Positions 30,776-39,135 of a stretch of 39,249 nucleotides of DNA are shown piece after piece. A model generated the notes under the pieces. That model saw nothing but the letters and a program-made list of their open reading frames with translations. It did not search any database and was not told the DNA's origin. Source of the DNA: a virus (taxonomy: Duplodnaviria > Heunggongvirae > Uroviricota > Caudoviricetes); IMG/VR virus record IMGVR_UViG_2519899835_000006. The stretch is one strand, 5' to 3'. Numbering within the stretch: position 1 is the stretch's first letter; each line of letters opens with the position of its first letter. Position numbers and translations under genes: made by a program.

Positions 30776-31069
30776 TTAAAATTCCATTTGTATTTGATCA
30801 GAACGCTCGGTTGCCGCCGGGCGTTTTTTATTGGTGAGAATCGAAGCAACTTGTCGTGCCAATCGAGCCATGTCGTCGTCAACGACGCCCCATTCAAGAA
30901 CAGCAAGCAGCATTGAGAACTTTGGAATCCAGTCCCTCTTCCACCTGCTGATCTGCGACTTATCAACTCCCACAGCTTCCGCTGTCTTCTCAGTTCCAAG
31001 CATTGCGATTTTGTTAAGCAACGCACTCTCGATTCTTAGAGCCTCGTTGCGTTTGTTTGCACGAACCAT
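30776..31069 (-). CDS. cII: Transcriptional activator CII (lambda-type); true start MVRANKRNEAL
   Basis: 97 aa MVRANKRNEALRIESALLNKIAMLGTEKTAEAVGVDKSQISRWKRDWIPKFSMLLAVLEWGVVDDDMARLARQVA... essentially lambda CII. Confidence 0.92.
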   Translation of the reverse strand: MVRANKRNEALRIESALLNKIAMLGTEKTAEAVGVDKSQISRWKRDWIPKFSMLLAVLEWGVVDDDMARLARQVASILTNKKRPAATERSDQIQMEF

Positions 31070-31120
31070 ATGTAAGTATTTCCTTAACAAATAAGAAGTT
31101 ATGCGCATCAACTTATGCGC

Positions 31121-31171
31121 GTTGTATTCCCGCATTTCGGCGGGAATGAGGACCATGACTGTTAAAGAGCA
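31121..31171 (-). promoter_or_regulatory. nutR-like site (boxA GCTCTTTAACAG and boxB hairpin TCCCGCCGAAATGCGGGA on - strand)
   Basis: Same boxA/boxB sequences as the nutL candidate at 32259-32298; located between cro and cII. Confidence 0.55.
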
Positions 31172-31177
31172 ATTTGC

Positions 31178-31363
31178 TTATGCCGCTTTGCGGTAAGCGC
31201 TTTCTTGATACTTCAGGGCGCCAGCTGTAACGACTTCCAGTCGATAGGCGTCTTTCTCTGGGATGACTTCCTTCCACTGAGAGACTGCTGCGTCGCTAAT
31301 GCCTAACGCTTTAGCTACAGCACGCTGGGTTCCGAAGTGGTCGATAACATCTTTCTTGTACAT
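31178..31363 (-). CDS. cro: Cro repressor (P22-type)
   Basis: 61 aa MYKKDVIDHFGTQRAVAKALGISDAAVSQWKEVIPEKDAYRLEVVTAGALKYQE... matches P22 Cro. Confidence 0.92.
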   Translation of the reverse strand: MYKKDVIDHFGTQRAVAKALGISDAAVSQWKEVIPEKDAYRLEVVTAGALKYQESAYRKAA

Positions 31364-31377
31364 AGACTCGCTCCGAA

Positions 31378-31444
31378 ATTAAAGAACACTTAAATTATCC
31401 ACTAAAGGAATCTTAAGTCAAGTTTATTTAAGATGTCTTAACTA
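31378..31444. promoter_or_regulatory. OR operator region with three P22-type operators and divergent PR/PRM
   Basis: ATTAAAGAACACTTAAAT (31378-31395), ACTAAAGGAATCTTAAGT (31401-31418), ATTTAAGATGTCTTAACT (31427-31444), each an imperfect 18-bp palindrome of the P22 operator type. Confidence 0.75.
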
Positions 31445-32094
31445 TGAAAACTCAATTGATGGGAGAGCGCATTCGCGCTCGGAGAAAAGAACTCAAGATC
31501 AGGCAGGCCGCACTTGGAAAGATGGTCGGCGTGTCTAATGTTGCCATATCTCAGTGGGAACGCTCTGAGACAGAGCCAAATGGAGAGAATCTTCTCGCCC
31601 TGGCTAATGCGTTGAAGTGTTCCCCTGACTATCTGATGAAAGGAGAGGAAAGTCTTTCAAACATTGCCTATCACAGTAGGCATGATCCAAGAGGGTCATA
31701 CCCTCTGATTAGCTGGGTGAGCGCAGGATGCTGGATGGAAGCTGTAGAACCATATCATAAGCGTGCAATAGATAACTGGTACGATACAACCGTAGACTGT
31801 TCAGAAGATTCGTTTTGGTTGGACGTGAAGGGAGACTCAATGACGGCTCCGGCCGGTCTCAGTATCCCTGAAGGAATGATAATACTCGTCGATCCTGAAG
31901 TAGAGCCGCGTAACGGGAAACTGGTAGTTGCAAAGCTCGAAGGAGAAAACGAGGCAACTTTCAAGAAGTTAGTTATTGATGCAGGCAGGAAGTTTCTAAA
32001 ACCACTTAACCCACAATATCCGATGATCGAGATCAACGGAAACTGCAAAATCATCGGCGTAGTTGTCGATGCAAAACTAGCAAACCTTCCATAA
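31444..32094 (+). CDS. c2: C2 repressor (P22-type, LexA-like autocleaving repressor)
   Basis: 216 aa; near-identical to P22 C2 (MKTQLMGERIRARRKELKIRQAALGKMVGVSNVAISQWERSETEPNGENLLAL...); C-terminal S24 peptidase-like domain. Confidence 0.95.
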   Translation: MKTQLMGERIRARRKELKIRQAALGKMVGVSNVAISQWERSETEPNGENLLALANALKCSPDYLMKGEESLSNIAYHSRHDPRGSYPLISWVSAGCWMEAVEPYHKRAIDNWYDTTVDCSEDSFWLDVKGDSMTAPAGLSIPEGMIILVDPEVEPRNGKLVVAKLEGENEATFKKLVIDAGRKFLKPLNPQYPMIEINGNCKIIGVVVDAKLANLP

Positions 32095-32119
32095 GGGGGC
32101 ATTCGCCCCTTTTTTATTT
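32095..32119 (+). terminator. Rho-independent terminator after c2
   Basis: GGGGC-ATTC-GCCCC hairpin followed by TTTTTTATTT immediately after the c2 stop. Confidence 0.65.
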
Positions 32120-32139
32120 CCTTTAAAAATCAAAGCCAA

Positions 32140-32215
32140 ACTTAAGTTACGAAAGAAAATTTAAGTTTTCTTCAAAAATACTCTTGACCATTAATTAAAG
32201 AGATCTTAAATTTAA
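32140..32215 (+). promoter_or_regulatory. OL/PL region: P22-type operator ATTAAAGAGATCTTAAAT (32194-32211) overlapping a TTGACC -35 (32184-32189)
   Basis: Operator half-sites matching those at OR; TTGACC then 17 bp then TAAATT; oriented toward N-like gene. Confidence 0.55.
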
Positions 32216-32258
32216 GCCATCAGCAGGACGCTGGTAGCCAAACGGAACAGATTGGCAG

Positions 32259-32298
32259 GCTCTTTAACATTGATGGGATTGTCCCGCCGAAATGCGGG
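32259..32298 (+). promoter_or_regulatory. nutL-like site (boxA GCTCTTTAACA, boxB CCCGCCGAAATGCGGG)
   Basis: boxA-like sequence followed 13 nt later by a short GC stem-loop; same elements found on the - strand downstream of cro. Confidence 0.55.
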
Positions 32299-32612
32299 AA
32301 CCAAAGAGTAGTTGGCTTTGGGGTGACGTGAAGTGCAGCTGCACGACGGCAACCGGAAGATAAGCACCCGGCGCGTCACCGCCAAAGTCAATTCCATAGG
32401 CGTTATGCAGCCGCCACCATATTCAAGAAAGCTGCACAAGAGGTAGGAGGATTTATGTGAATACTTACATTCAATTGAGAGATTAATTAAATAGAACTGA
32501 TCGAGCAGAGTCCATGAAGGCTCATAAATGCTCTTCCATCCCCGTCTAATTGGCGGGGAAGGAAACCACTTTGTAATAAAAAAATTCCAAAGTTGTTTCA
32601 TCGGAGGTCAAC

Positions 32613-32918
32613 ATGACAGTAGTCATTACATATCTGGCTGACGATAACGCCAGAAATCGCCGCAGAGCACGCAGACAGGCTCAACGTGAACAGGAAATGC
32701 AAGAGCAGCGACTGGCGCGAAAAATTGCGCTAAAGCTCTCTGGTTGCGTCAGAGCAGATAAAGCAGCATCACTCGGAAGCCTTCGCTGTAAGAAAGCAGA
32801 TGAAGTCGAGCTTAAACAGAACTGTATTTACTACCGCAAGCCACGCAGTGAAATGGGTGTGACCTGTTCAGGCCGCCAGAAGCAACGCGGAAAATCAATT
32901 CCAGCTTATTACGATTGA
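32613..32918 (+). CDS. N: N-like transcription antiterminator
   Basis: 101 aa; N-terminal arginine-rich motif DNARNRRRARRQAQREQ; C-terminus YRKPRSEMGVTCSGRQKQRGKSIP resembles lambda N C-terminus; first gene after PL/nutL. Confidence 0.7.
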   Translation: MTVVITYLADDNARNRRRARRQAQREQEMQEQRLARKIALKLSGCVRADKAASLGSLRCKKADEVELKQNCIYYRKPRSEMGVTCSGRQKQRGKSIPAYYD

Positions 32919-32926
32919 GGTGAGAT

Positions 32927-33376
32927 ATGGAAGAACAAGCAAACAAGATTCTCGTAGAACTACTGCAAAAAGCCAGCAATGGAATAGACGCGGCTGTTTC
33001 ATTCAGCCAAGCGCAGATTCCTGATGTTGTTCATCAGTTGCTGCTATGGAATATGGTTGACAGTCTGATTAAAACATTAATAGCCATTCTAACAATCCCA
33101 CTGGTTTTCTGGTTTATGAAGAAGCAGTGCCAAAGAGTTGAGACAGGTAAAATCGGTGATGAAGGATACTCATGGGAGAGGGGAAATCCCAAATACAGGC
33201 CGACAATGGTTTGGGATAGCAAAGGAGATATTAACCTTCTTATCATGCCATTGGTTGGAGTTTTGACTCTGTGGGGGATTTTTATTATTGGTGTAGTAAC
33301 CAATATGACTTGGTTAAAAATTTGGCTGGCCCCAAAGCTTTACCTTATCGAATATGCAGCATCATTGGTTAAGTAA
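32927..33376 (+). CDS. Membrane protein (SieB-like superinfection-exclusion candidate by position)
   Basis: 149 aa with two predicted TM helices; located just downstream of N as sieB is in lambda/P22. Confidence 0.45.
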   Translation: MEEQANKILVELLQKASNGIDAAVSFSQAQIPDVVHQLLLWNMVDSLIKTLIAILTIPLVFWFMKKQCQRVETGKIGDEGYSWERGNPKYRPTMVWDSKGDINLLIMPLVGVLTLWGIFIIGVVTNMTWLKIWLAPKLYLIEYAASLVK

Positions 33377-33564
33377 TTTCAGGCCGCATAGTCGGCCTTT
33401 ATTTTTGGCATAAACAACAGAATAAACACTGCACTGTGTATTCATTCCAACGAGTGAATACACGGAGCAATGTCGCTCGTAACTAAACAGGAGCCGACTT
33501 GTTCTGATTATTGGAAATCTTCTTTGCCCTCCAGTGTGAGGGCAATTTTTTTGATGGAGGATAT

Positions 33565-34533
33565 ATGAGTGAAGTAACAGATTTAGTTGTTATTGAAAAA
33601 GCAAATGCAATGACTGTATTTCAGTCTGCCGACCAGATTGAAGAAATCCTTCAAAAGGTTGAACGTGAAGTTATGTCCTTTGTGCCTGATATCACAACGG
33701 CAAAGGGCAGAAAGGAGATCGCTTCTCTGGCGTATAAAGTTGCGCAGACGAAAACATATCTCGATGGTCTTGGCAAAGACCTTGTTGCTGAACTGAAGGA
33801 AATTCCAAAGCTAATTGATGCCAACCGCAAGACAGTGCGCGATCGCCTTGATGAACTAAAAGCCAAGGCGCGCCAGCCTCTAACTGATTATGAGGAGGAG
33901 CAGGCACGGATTAAAGCCGAAGAAGAAGCTAAGGCAGCAGCTGAAGCTCTCGCAAAGCAAATTGAGTCTGACCATGAAATAGCGATTTTGATGGATCGCG
34001 AATTTGACCGCCAAAGAGAAGAGGCAAGACTCAAAGCGGAGCAGGAAAAGCGAGAGCATGAAGAACGCTTAAAAAGAGAGGCTGAAGAGAAAGCCAGAGC
34101 TGAAGCCGAAGCAAAGGCAAAAGCCGAAATTGAAGCAGCAGCAAGGCGAGAAGCAGAAGCTAAGGCAGCAGCGGAACGTGCAGAGCGTGAACGTATTGAA
34201 GCCGAGCAACGAGCACAGCGCGAAGCAAAAGAGGCAGCAGAACGAGCTGAAAGAGAAAAGCAGGCAGCAATTGAAGCAGAACGCAGAAAAGCACAGGAGG
34301 AGGCTGAACGAATCCGTCGCGAGGCTGAAGCAAAAGAGCAAGCCAGAATAGCAGAAGAAAAAAGAATCAAGGACGAAGAAGAGCGTAGAGCAAAGGATAA
34401 AGCTCACCGGAAAGAAGTAAATAACAAAATACTTGCTGACCTTATCAAGGTTGGTGCATCAGAAGATGTTGCTAAAAATATCATAACAGCCATCGTAAAA
34501 GGCGAAGTATTCGCAACAAAAATAACCTACTAA
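33565..34533 (+). CDS. Hypothetical protein with about 200-aa E/R/K/A-rich helical (ER/K single-alpha-helix or coiled-coil-like) central region; track ORF starts 33511, ATG 33565 with GGAGGA RBS preferred
   Basis: 322 aa from MSEVTDLVVIEKANAMTVF...; central region is repeats such as EARLKAEQEKREHEERLKREAEEKARAEAEAKAKAEIEAAARREAEAKAAAERAERERIEAEQRAQREAKEAAERAEREKQ. Confidence 0.6.
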   Translation: MSEVTDLVVIEKANAMTVFQSADQIEEILQKVEREVMSFVPDITTAKGRKEIASLAYKVAQTKTYLDGLGKDLVAELKEIPKLIDANRKTVRDRLDELKAKARQPLTDYEEEQARIKAEEEAKAAAEALAKQIESDHEIAILMDREFDRQREEARLKAEQEKREHEERLKREAEEKARAEAEAKAKAEIEAAARREAEAKAAAERAERERIEAEQRAQREAKEAAERAEREKQAAIEAERRKAQEEAERIRREAEAKEQARIAEEKRIKDEEERRAKDKAHRKEVNNKILADLIKVGASEDVAKNIITAIVKGEVFATKITY

Positions 34534-34557
34534 TAAAACCAACATAAGGAACCACCC

Positions 34558-34689
34558 ATGATTTACGCAATCGCGGGAGGCGCTCGCATGGGTGCCTTCC
34601 AATTAAATGAATCTTTACTTGAACGAATCACCCGTAAATTACGTGACGGATGGAAAAGAGTTGAGGTCTTATTATGCGCAATGAAATAG
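34558..34689 (+). CDS. cIII: CIII (FtsH inhibitor) homolog (43 aa; below track cutoff)
   Basis: Hand-translated MIYAIAGGARMGAFQLNESLLERITRKLRDGWKRVEVLLCAMK; core ESLLERITRKLRDGWKR matches lambda CIII. Confidence 0.85.
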   Translation: MIYAIAGGARMGAFQLNESLLERITRKLRDGWKRVEVLLCAMK

Positions 34690-34826
34690 CCATCAATCAC
34701 CAGATGCTTCGTGCTGCACAGAACAAAGCAGTAATAGCCAGATTTATTGGTGATTCAAAAATGTGGCTTGAAGCAAATAAAGCGATGAAATCAGCTATCA
34801 ACCTTCCATGGTATCGCAGGAAATGA
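34674..34826 (+). CDS. kil: Kil-like small protein (50 aa; below track cutoff)
   Basis: Hand-translated MRNEIAINHQMLRAAQNKAVIARFIGDSKMWLEANKAMKSAINLPWYRRK; FIGD.KM motif and position after cIII as lambda kil. Confidence 0.5.
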   Translation: MRNEIAINHQMLRAAQNKAVIARFIGDSKMWLEANKAMKSAINLPWYRRK

Positions 34827-34993
34827 GCTTTACAGATAACTGGTCAGACGAAGAATTCATTCGTCAGATGAAAGAATTATTCGGTAACGAAGGAGATATT
34901 CATGTCACTTGCAACCACCGTGAAGGAGAGCAAGTTACAGAGACGCATGTACACGCAGCAGGCGTTAATGTATCGCCAGAAGGGAGATCGTGA
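34823..34993 (+). CDS. Small hypothetical protein (56 aa)
   Basis: ATG overlapping the kil-like stop (ATGA); MSFTDNWSDEEFIRQMKELFGNEGDIHVTCNHREGEQ... Confidence 0.3.
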   Translation: MSFTDNWSDEEFIRQMKELFGNEGDIHVTCNHREGEQVTETHVHAAGVNVSPEGRS

Positions 34994-35082
34994 AGGTGTT
35001 CGCGTCTTTTTAAATGCGGCAAAGACTGAAGTATTAAATCAGCGTTATTTCCTTGGGCCATGCCCATTCTGAGAACAAACAT

Positions 35083-35688
35083 ATGAGCAAAGAATTTTAC
35101 GCAAGACTGGCAGCTATTCAGGAGAACTTGAACGCGCCAAAGAATCAGTACAACTCATTCGGTAAATATAAATACAGAAGCTGCGAAGACATTCTTGAAG
35201 GCGTTAAGCCGTTACTGAATGGCCTGTTTTTATCAATCAGCGATGAAGTTGTGTTGATTGGTGATCGGTATTACGTGAAAGCCACGGCAACTATTACCGA
35301 TGGCGAAAACAGTCATACGGCAACCGCTCTTGCACGAGAGGAAGAAAGCAAGAAAGGAATGGATTCTGCACAAGTTACGGGAGCTACAAGCTCTTATGCA
35401 CGCAAGTATTGCCTCAATGGTTTGTTCGGCATTGATGATGCGAAAGATGCAGATACCGACGAGCATAAACATCAGCAGAACGCAGCAGCAAAGCAATCAA
35501 AACCATCACCTACACCTGAACAGGTTCTAAAAGCATTCACTGACGCAGCATTGCAGAAAAACACCGTGGAAGAGCTTAAACAGGCGTTCGCCAAAGCGTG
35601 GAAGATGCTCGAAGGCACACCGGAGCAGCACAAAGCGCAGGACGTTTACAACATCAGACGAGACGAATTAGAAGGAGCTGCTGCTTAA
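35083..35688 (+). CDS. erf: Erf-family single-strand annealing recombinase; track ORF begins at TTG 35053
   Basis: About 201 aa from MSKEFYARLAAIQENLNAPKNQYNSFGKYKYRSCEDILEGVKPLL...; ERF-family features; recombination-module position. Confidence 0.75.
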   Translation: MSKEFYARLAAIQENLNAPKNQYNSFGKYKYRSCEDILEGVKPLLNGLFLSISDEVVLIGDRYYVKATATITDGENSHTATALAREEESKKGMDSAQVTGATSSYARKYCLNGLFGIDDAKDADTDEHKHQQNAAAKQSKPSPTPEQVLKAFTDAALQKNTVEELKQAFAKAWKMLEGTPEQHKAQDVYNIRRDELEGAAA

Positions 35689-36071
35689 TGGCACATTCGA
35701 TTACTGTAAGACTAAACAAGCCCGCAAGAGAGTTTCAGGCCGGGGAAAATATCGGATTCAACATCCGTGCTGGCGTTCAGTATTACGATCGCCAGACAAA
35801 AAAGAAAGAATGGACAAACTACAGCACCGTTGTATTTGCCAAGCCGGGAGCGCAAGCGGATTACTACCGTAGTGTTCTTGTTGAAGGTGGCATTGTGGAA
35901 ATTACCGGAGAAAACATCAGGGTTGATGTTTATCAGGGGCAAAATGGTCAATCCATCACTCTTGAATTACTGAATGCAAAGATTGGATTTGCAACTTCAG
36001 GAAACAGCCCGCAGCAGCAAAGTAGTAACCAGCAGAACACTCCTGTATACGACGATTCCATCCCATTCTGA
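35688..36071 (+). CDS. ssb: SSB-like single-stranded DNA-binding protein with acidic C-terminal tail; TAATG overlap with erf
   Basis: 127 aa from MAHSITVRLNKPAREF...; OB-fold-like pattern; C-terminus ...NTPVYDDSIPF resembles the SSB DDDIPF tail. Confidence 0.65.
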   Translation: MAHSITVRLNKPAREFQAGENIGFNIRAGVQYYDRQTKKKEWTNYSTVVFAKPGAQADYYRSVLVEGGIVEITGENIRVDVYQGQNGQSITLELLNAKIGFATSGNSPQQQSSNQQNTPVYDDSIPF

Positions 36072-36094
36072 TTTAGAAAAATAAGGATTTAATT

Positions 36095-36391
36095 ATGCCA
36101 GCGCCTCTGTATGGTGCGGATGACCCGCGCCGCTGTTCCGGCAATTCCGTATCGGAGGTGCTGGATAAATTCAGGAAAAACTACGACCTGATAATGTCGC
36201 TACCGCAGGAAACGAAAGAGGAAAAGGAATTTCGCCATTGTATATGGCTTGCAGAGAAAGAAGAACGCGAGCGAATTTACCAGACATCAATCCGACCATT
36301 CCGCAAAGCCACATACACCCACTTCCCTGAATATATCGACCCGCGCCTGCGTAATTACCGCTCACGCTATGGCGCTATCAGTAATGACTGA
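36095..36391 (+). CDS. Hypothetical protein (possible Abc2-like anti-RecBCD by position; unverified)
   Basis: 98-aa ORF immediately downstream of erf/ssb. Confidence 0.4.
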   Translation: MPAPLYGADDPRRCSGNSVSEVLDKFRKNYDLIMSLPQETKEEKEFRHCIWLAEKEERERIYQTSIRPFRKATYTHFPEYIDPRLRNYRSRYGAISND

Positions 36392-36401
36392 GGAATTAAC
36401 A

Positions 36402-36692
36402 ATGAAAACAATGAAGCTAAACATCGACCTCGGAAAATACGTTATTACCGGAACAAAACACGATCTGATTCTTAGCGAAAGAGGAATTATCAAAGAAGAC
36501 GAGAATGCAGGGAAAGAAACACTAAGTCGTATCGGTTATTACAGCAAGTTTGAGCATCTGGTTAAAGAGTTATGCAACCGTGAAATCCTGTTATCTCAGG
36601 CGCAGACGCTACAGGATATTCAGCAGCATATCGAGACTTTAGGTGTGTCACTTAGCATGGCTATTGACCAGTTCGTGGAGAGTAAATCATGA
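36402..36692 (+). CDS. Hypothetical protein (96 aa)
   Basis: ATG at 36402 with [47 protein letters not shown]... Confidence 0.45.
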   Translation: MKTMKLNIDLGKYVITGTKHDLILSERGIIKEDENAGKETLSRIGYYSKFEHLVKELCNREILLSQAQTLQDIQQHIETLGVSLSMAIDQFVESKS

Positions 36693-36852
36693 GAGGACTT
36701 GCATACAATCCCGGCATTCTTCCGGCAGAAATGATTATTCGCCAGCGCGTAAAGCCAATGCCATCGAGAGAGGAATTGCTTAAGAGAAATTCTTTTCCAT
36801 CAGTGAATCAAAACAAATATCTGAATGCGATGTGGCGTAAAGGAGGCAACCA

Positions 36853-37524
36853 GTGAGCAAGATTGACTATCAGGCACTGCGTGAGTTAGCAAAACAGGCA
36901 ACACAGGGCGAATGGGTCGCATTCATTTCGCCGGGCACTGATACATATGCGGTGCATACGCCGGGGGATGAACGTTGCGGAGACATTATCAAATGGCCTG
37001 GCTTTGACGGCCAGAAAAATGCAGAGAACAACGCAGAATTTATCGCAGCTTTCAACCCTAAAGTAGTGCAGGCACTGCTGGATGAACGGGAAAGAAACCA
37101 GCAATATATCAAACGCCGCGACCAGGAGAACGAGGACATTGCGCTAACGGTAGGGAAGCTGCGTGTTGAGCTTGAGGAGACAAAATCAAAACTCAACGAG
37201 CAGCGTAAGTATTACGAAGGTGTTATCTCGGATGGAAGTAAGCGCATAGCAGAACTGGAAGCACGGGAAATAAAACCAGCCAAAGGTGAAGTTCTTGTCG
37301 TTGTTTCTGGTTTTACTGGTTGCGGAAAAAGCGCCATTGCCGGGGAAATAGAAATCGCGATGAAGGCTATTGGTGTACCGGTTCAGTGGACTAATGGCGA
37401 TGCGGAAAAGCGCATGACAGGAGCTGACTGGCTGACAGCGATTGAGATGTACAAACCAACAGTGCGCATCGTGGAAGTTAATGTGCCACGCGCCGCAGGC
37501 ATTCGCATCAAAGAGGGTGAGTAG
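36853..37524 (+). CDS. Ead/Ea22-like prophage protein (GTG start)
   Basis: 223 aa [21 protein letters not shown]...; central coiled-coil; family common in lambdoid early-left regions. Confidence 0.55.
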   Translation: MSKIDYQALRELAKQATQGEWVAFISPGTDTYAVHTPGDERCGDIIKWPGFDGQKNAENNAEFIAAFNPKVVQALLDERERNQQYIKRRDQENEDIALTVGKLRVELEETKSKLNEQRKYYEGVISDGSKRIAELEAREIKPAKGEVLVVVSGFTGCGKSAIAGEIEIAMKAIGVPVQWTNGDAEKRMTGADWLTAIEMYKPTVRIVEVNVPRAAGIRIKEGE

Positions 37525-37696
37525 TGCGTGTGGCATGTATCGGCTTGTTACCGTACCCGACTCGTTTTTGGGCTTCTGCGCTAATTGCAAAGCCACATGT
37601 CCTGATAGCTGACAACATCATCCCGGCACCAAAGCGCCGCCATACCGGTATTGCAGCGGCACGACGAGCAGCAAAGAGACGCAGGAGAGCAAAACG

Positions 37697-37885
37697 ATGA
37701 AAAACCGTAAAGCAAAGATTCTGTTAGCTCGCAGAAACGGTGTTGGGGTCTGGCGATGGGTGAGGATTAGTAACAGACGAGTGAGGTTGATGGGGTGTTG
37801 CGGGGTGATGGGTCACAGTTGTTGCAAAAAGCCCAGCGCGGCGCAAAACCGCTGGAAAAACTACTTGCGGACTAAAGGAGAGTGA
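37697..37885 (+). CDS. Small basic Cys-rich hypothetical protein
   Basis: 62-aa ORF, CCGVMGHSCC motif. Confidence 0.3.
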   Translation: MKNRKAKILLARRNGVGVWRWVRISNRRVRLMGCCGVMGHSCCKKPSAAQNRWKNYLRTKGE

Positions 37886-37886
37886 T

Positions 37887-38096
37887 ATGGCTATCGCTGC
37901 AAGTTACACCATGCATCTCTATTGTGATTGTCGCCAGTGTACGGAAGGTGTATATCCAGTGCCAGACTTCGGTGAGTATATCGGTACGTCATGGTCTGGT
38001 TGTGCAAAAGAGGCCCGTAAAGACGGGTGGCGAATAAGCAAAGACAAAACACGTACTTTTGCGCCCGGGCATAAAGTTTTGAGGATTAACACATGA
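37887..38096 (+). CDS. Small Cys-rich hypothetical protein
   Basis: 69-aa ORF with CDCRQC and C-x14-C pattern. Confidence 0.35.
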   Translation: MAIAASYTMHLYCDCRQCTEGVYPVPDFGEYIGTSWSGCAKEARKDGWRISKDKTRTFAPGHKVLRINT

Positions 38097-38734
38097 CCAC
38101 TATTACCAAAGAACGTATTGAATTGTTCATTAAAAATCCGCTTGAAAACGGGCTTACTCGTGGCGAACAAATGGAACTGGCACGAATTGCACTGGCATCA
38201 CTGGAACGCGAACAGATTCGCCACGAGCATGCCAAATGGTCTGACTCCACATTTGGCTGCGTTGGCCCCATTGGTCCACTGAAACACCTCTCAAAAGAGG
38301 CACTGGAAGCCGCAGCCGAACCAGACGATCTTAGCGAGTGGGCTGATATGCAGTTCCTGTTGTGGGATGCACAGCGCCGTGCTGGTATCAGTGATGCTGA
38401 AATTACCGCTGCTATGGAAAATAAATTGAAGATCAACATGGAACGCCAGTGGCCTGAACCAAAAGATGGTGAGCCTCGCTTGCACATTAAAGAACGCGGC
38501 AACTCTCCGGTAACTCCGGGTGGTTGGATAAGCTGTAGTGATCGAATGCCGGAAGACACCAAAATGTTACTGGCATTTAGTCAAGGTGAAATCGTGGCCG
38601 CATATTGGAACTGGGTTGTAAATCCAATTGATTACAAAAAATATAGAGCTTTCACGTATTTATCAGGAAATATCTTGGATGACGTAACTCACTGGATGCC
38701 GCTACCAGAACCGCCGAAGGAGGTACGCCAATGA
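38093..38734 (+). CDS. DUF550/DUF551-type prophage protein (MazG-like nucleotide pyrophosphohydrolase-like N-domain + DUF551 C-domain)
   Basis: 213 aa; C-terminal ...DDVTHWMPLPEPP DUF551-like motif; N-terminal helical domain with acidic patches. Confidence 0.6.
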   Translation: MTTITKERIELFIKNPLENGLTRGEQMELARIALASLEREQIRHEHAKWSDSTFGCVGPIGPLKHLSKEALEAAAEPDDLSEWADMQFLLWDAQRRAGISDAEITAAMENKLKINMERQWPEPKDGEPRLHIKERGNSPVTPGGWISCSDRMPEDTKMLLAFSQGEIVAAYWNWVVNPIDYKKYRAFTYLSGNILDDVTHWMPLPEPPKEVRQ

Positions 38735-38820
38735 CCTAGCCTGAAGCATTTGCAATTGTAGTGGCTGCCATTTCGATCGCACTGATTGTTTTTGCGATTT
38801 GCCGCTGGGGGTAAAATAGT

Positions 38821-39012
38821 TCACCTGCATGGAGATTTGATGCCGGGGAATTGTGGGGGAGCATTCAAACCTCTCCCCTTCCCGGTTAAAGACTCCATTG
38901 CTTTGCGGTCAGAGAGATACATCAGCTTCATCAGCTTAATGAAACGCATAGATCCGCCATGCTTTTTCAGCAAATACGCTGCCATTTGCGCAACTTTTTC
39001 TTCATTAAACAT
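38821..39012 (-). pseudogene. Truncated GepA/Panacea (DUF4065)-like gene fragment
   Basis: 63-aa ORF whose N-terminus MFNEEKVAQMAAYLLKKHGGSMRFIKLMKLMYLSDR fits the DUF4065 N-terminal pattern but then terminates; a further open frame continues to about 38737 in another phase. Confidence 0.4.
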
Positions 39013-39105
39013 AAATCGGCTCTCTGTCTCACATGAAATACTCTTTCTGACTATATGTTAATAGCTCCGGTTATTACAGGTTAATGTGTGTTTATTTCTT
39101 AATCA

Positions 39106-39127
39106 GCCCCGCACTTCCGTACGGGGC
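39106..39127. other. GC-rich hairpin downstream of the truncated right-end ORF
   Basis: GCCCCGCAC-TTCC-GTACGGGGC (9-bp stem, one mismatch). Confidence 0.35.
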
Positions 39128-39135
39128 CATTTCTG

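Noticed and set aside
30481-31026. 181-aa - strand ORF overlapping cII in another frame
   Set aside because: The upstream two-thirds overlaps the strongly supported cII gene; only the part downstream of cII (30481-30753) is retained as a possible gene.
30776-31156. Track ORF giving a 126-aa cII with a 29-residue N-terminal extension
   Set aside because: The extension covers the nutR boxA/boxB region; the lambda-type CII start MVRANK at 31069 is the real start.
33888-34407. Two long - strand ORFs (33888..34370 and 34069..34407) with Ser/Ala/Arg-rich or Cys/Phe/Leu-rich translations
   Set aside because: They are antisense to the purine-rich ER/K repeat region of the + strand gene; low-complexity sequence keeps the antisense frames open by chance.
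37521-37700. Possible 58-aa GTG-initiated basic ORF or 25-aa ATG ORF after the Ead-like gene
   Set aside because: Too short and start-ambiguous to support; left unannotated.
38786-39061. + strand 91-aa ORF near the right end
   Set aside because: Antisense to the GepA-like fragment, no start context, hydrophobic junk-like translation.
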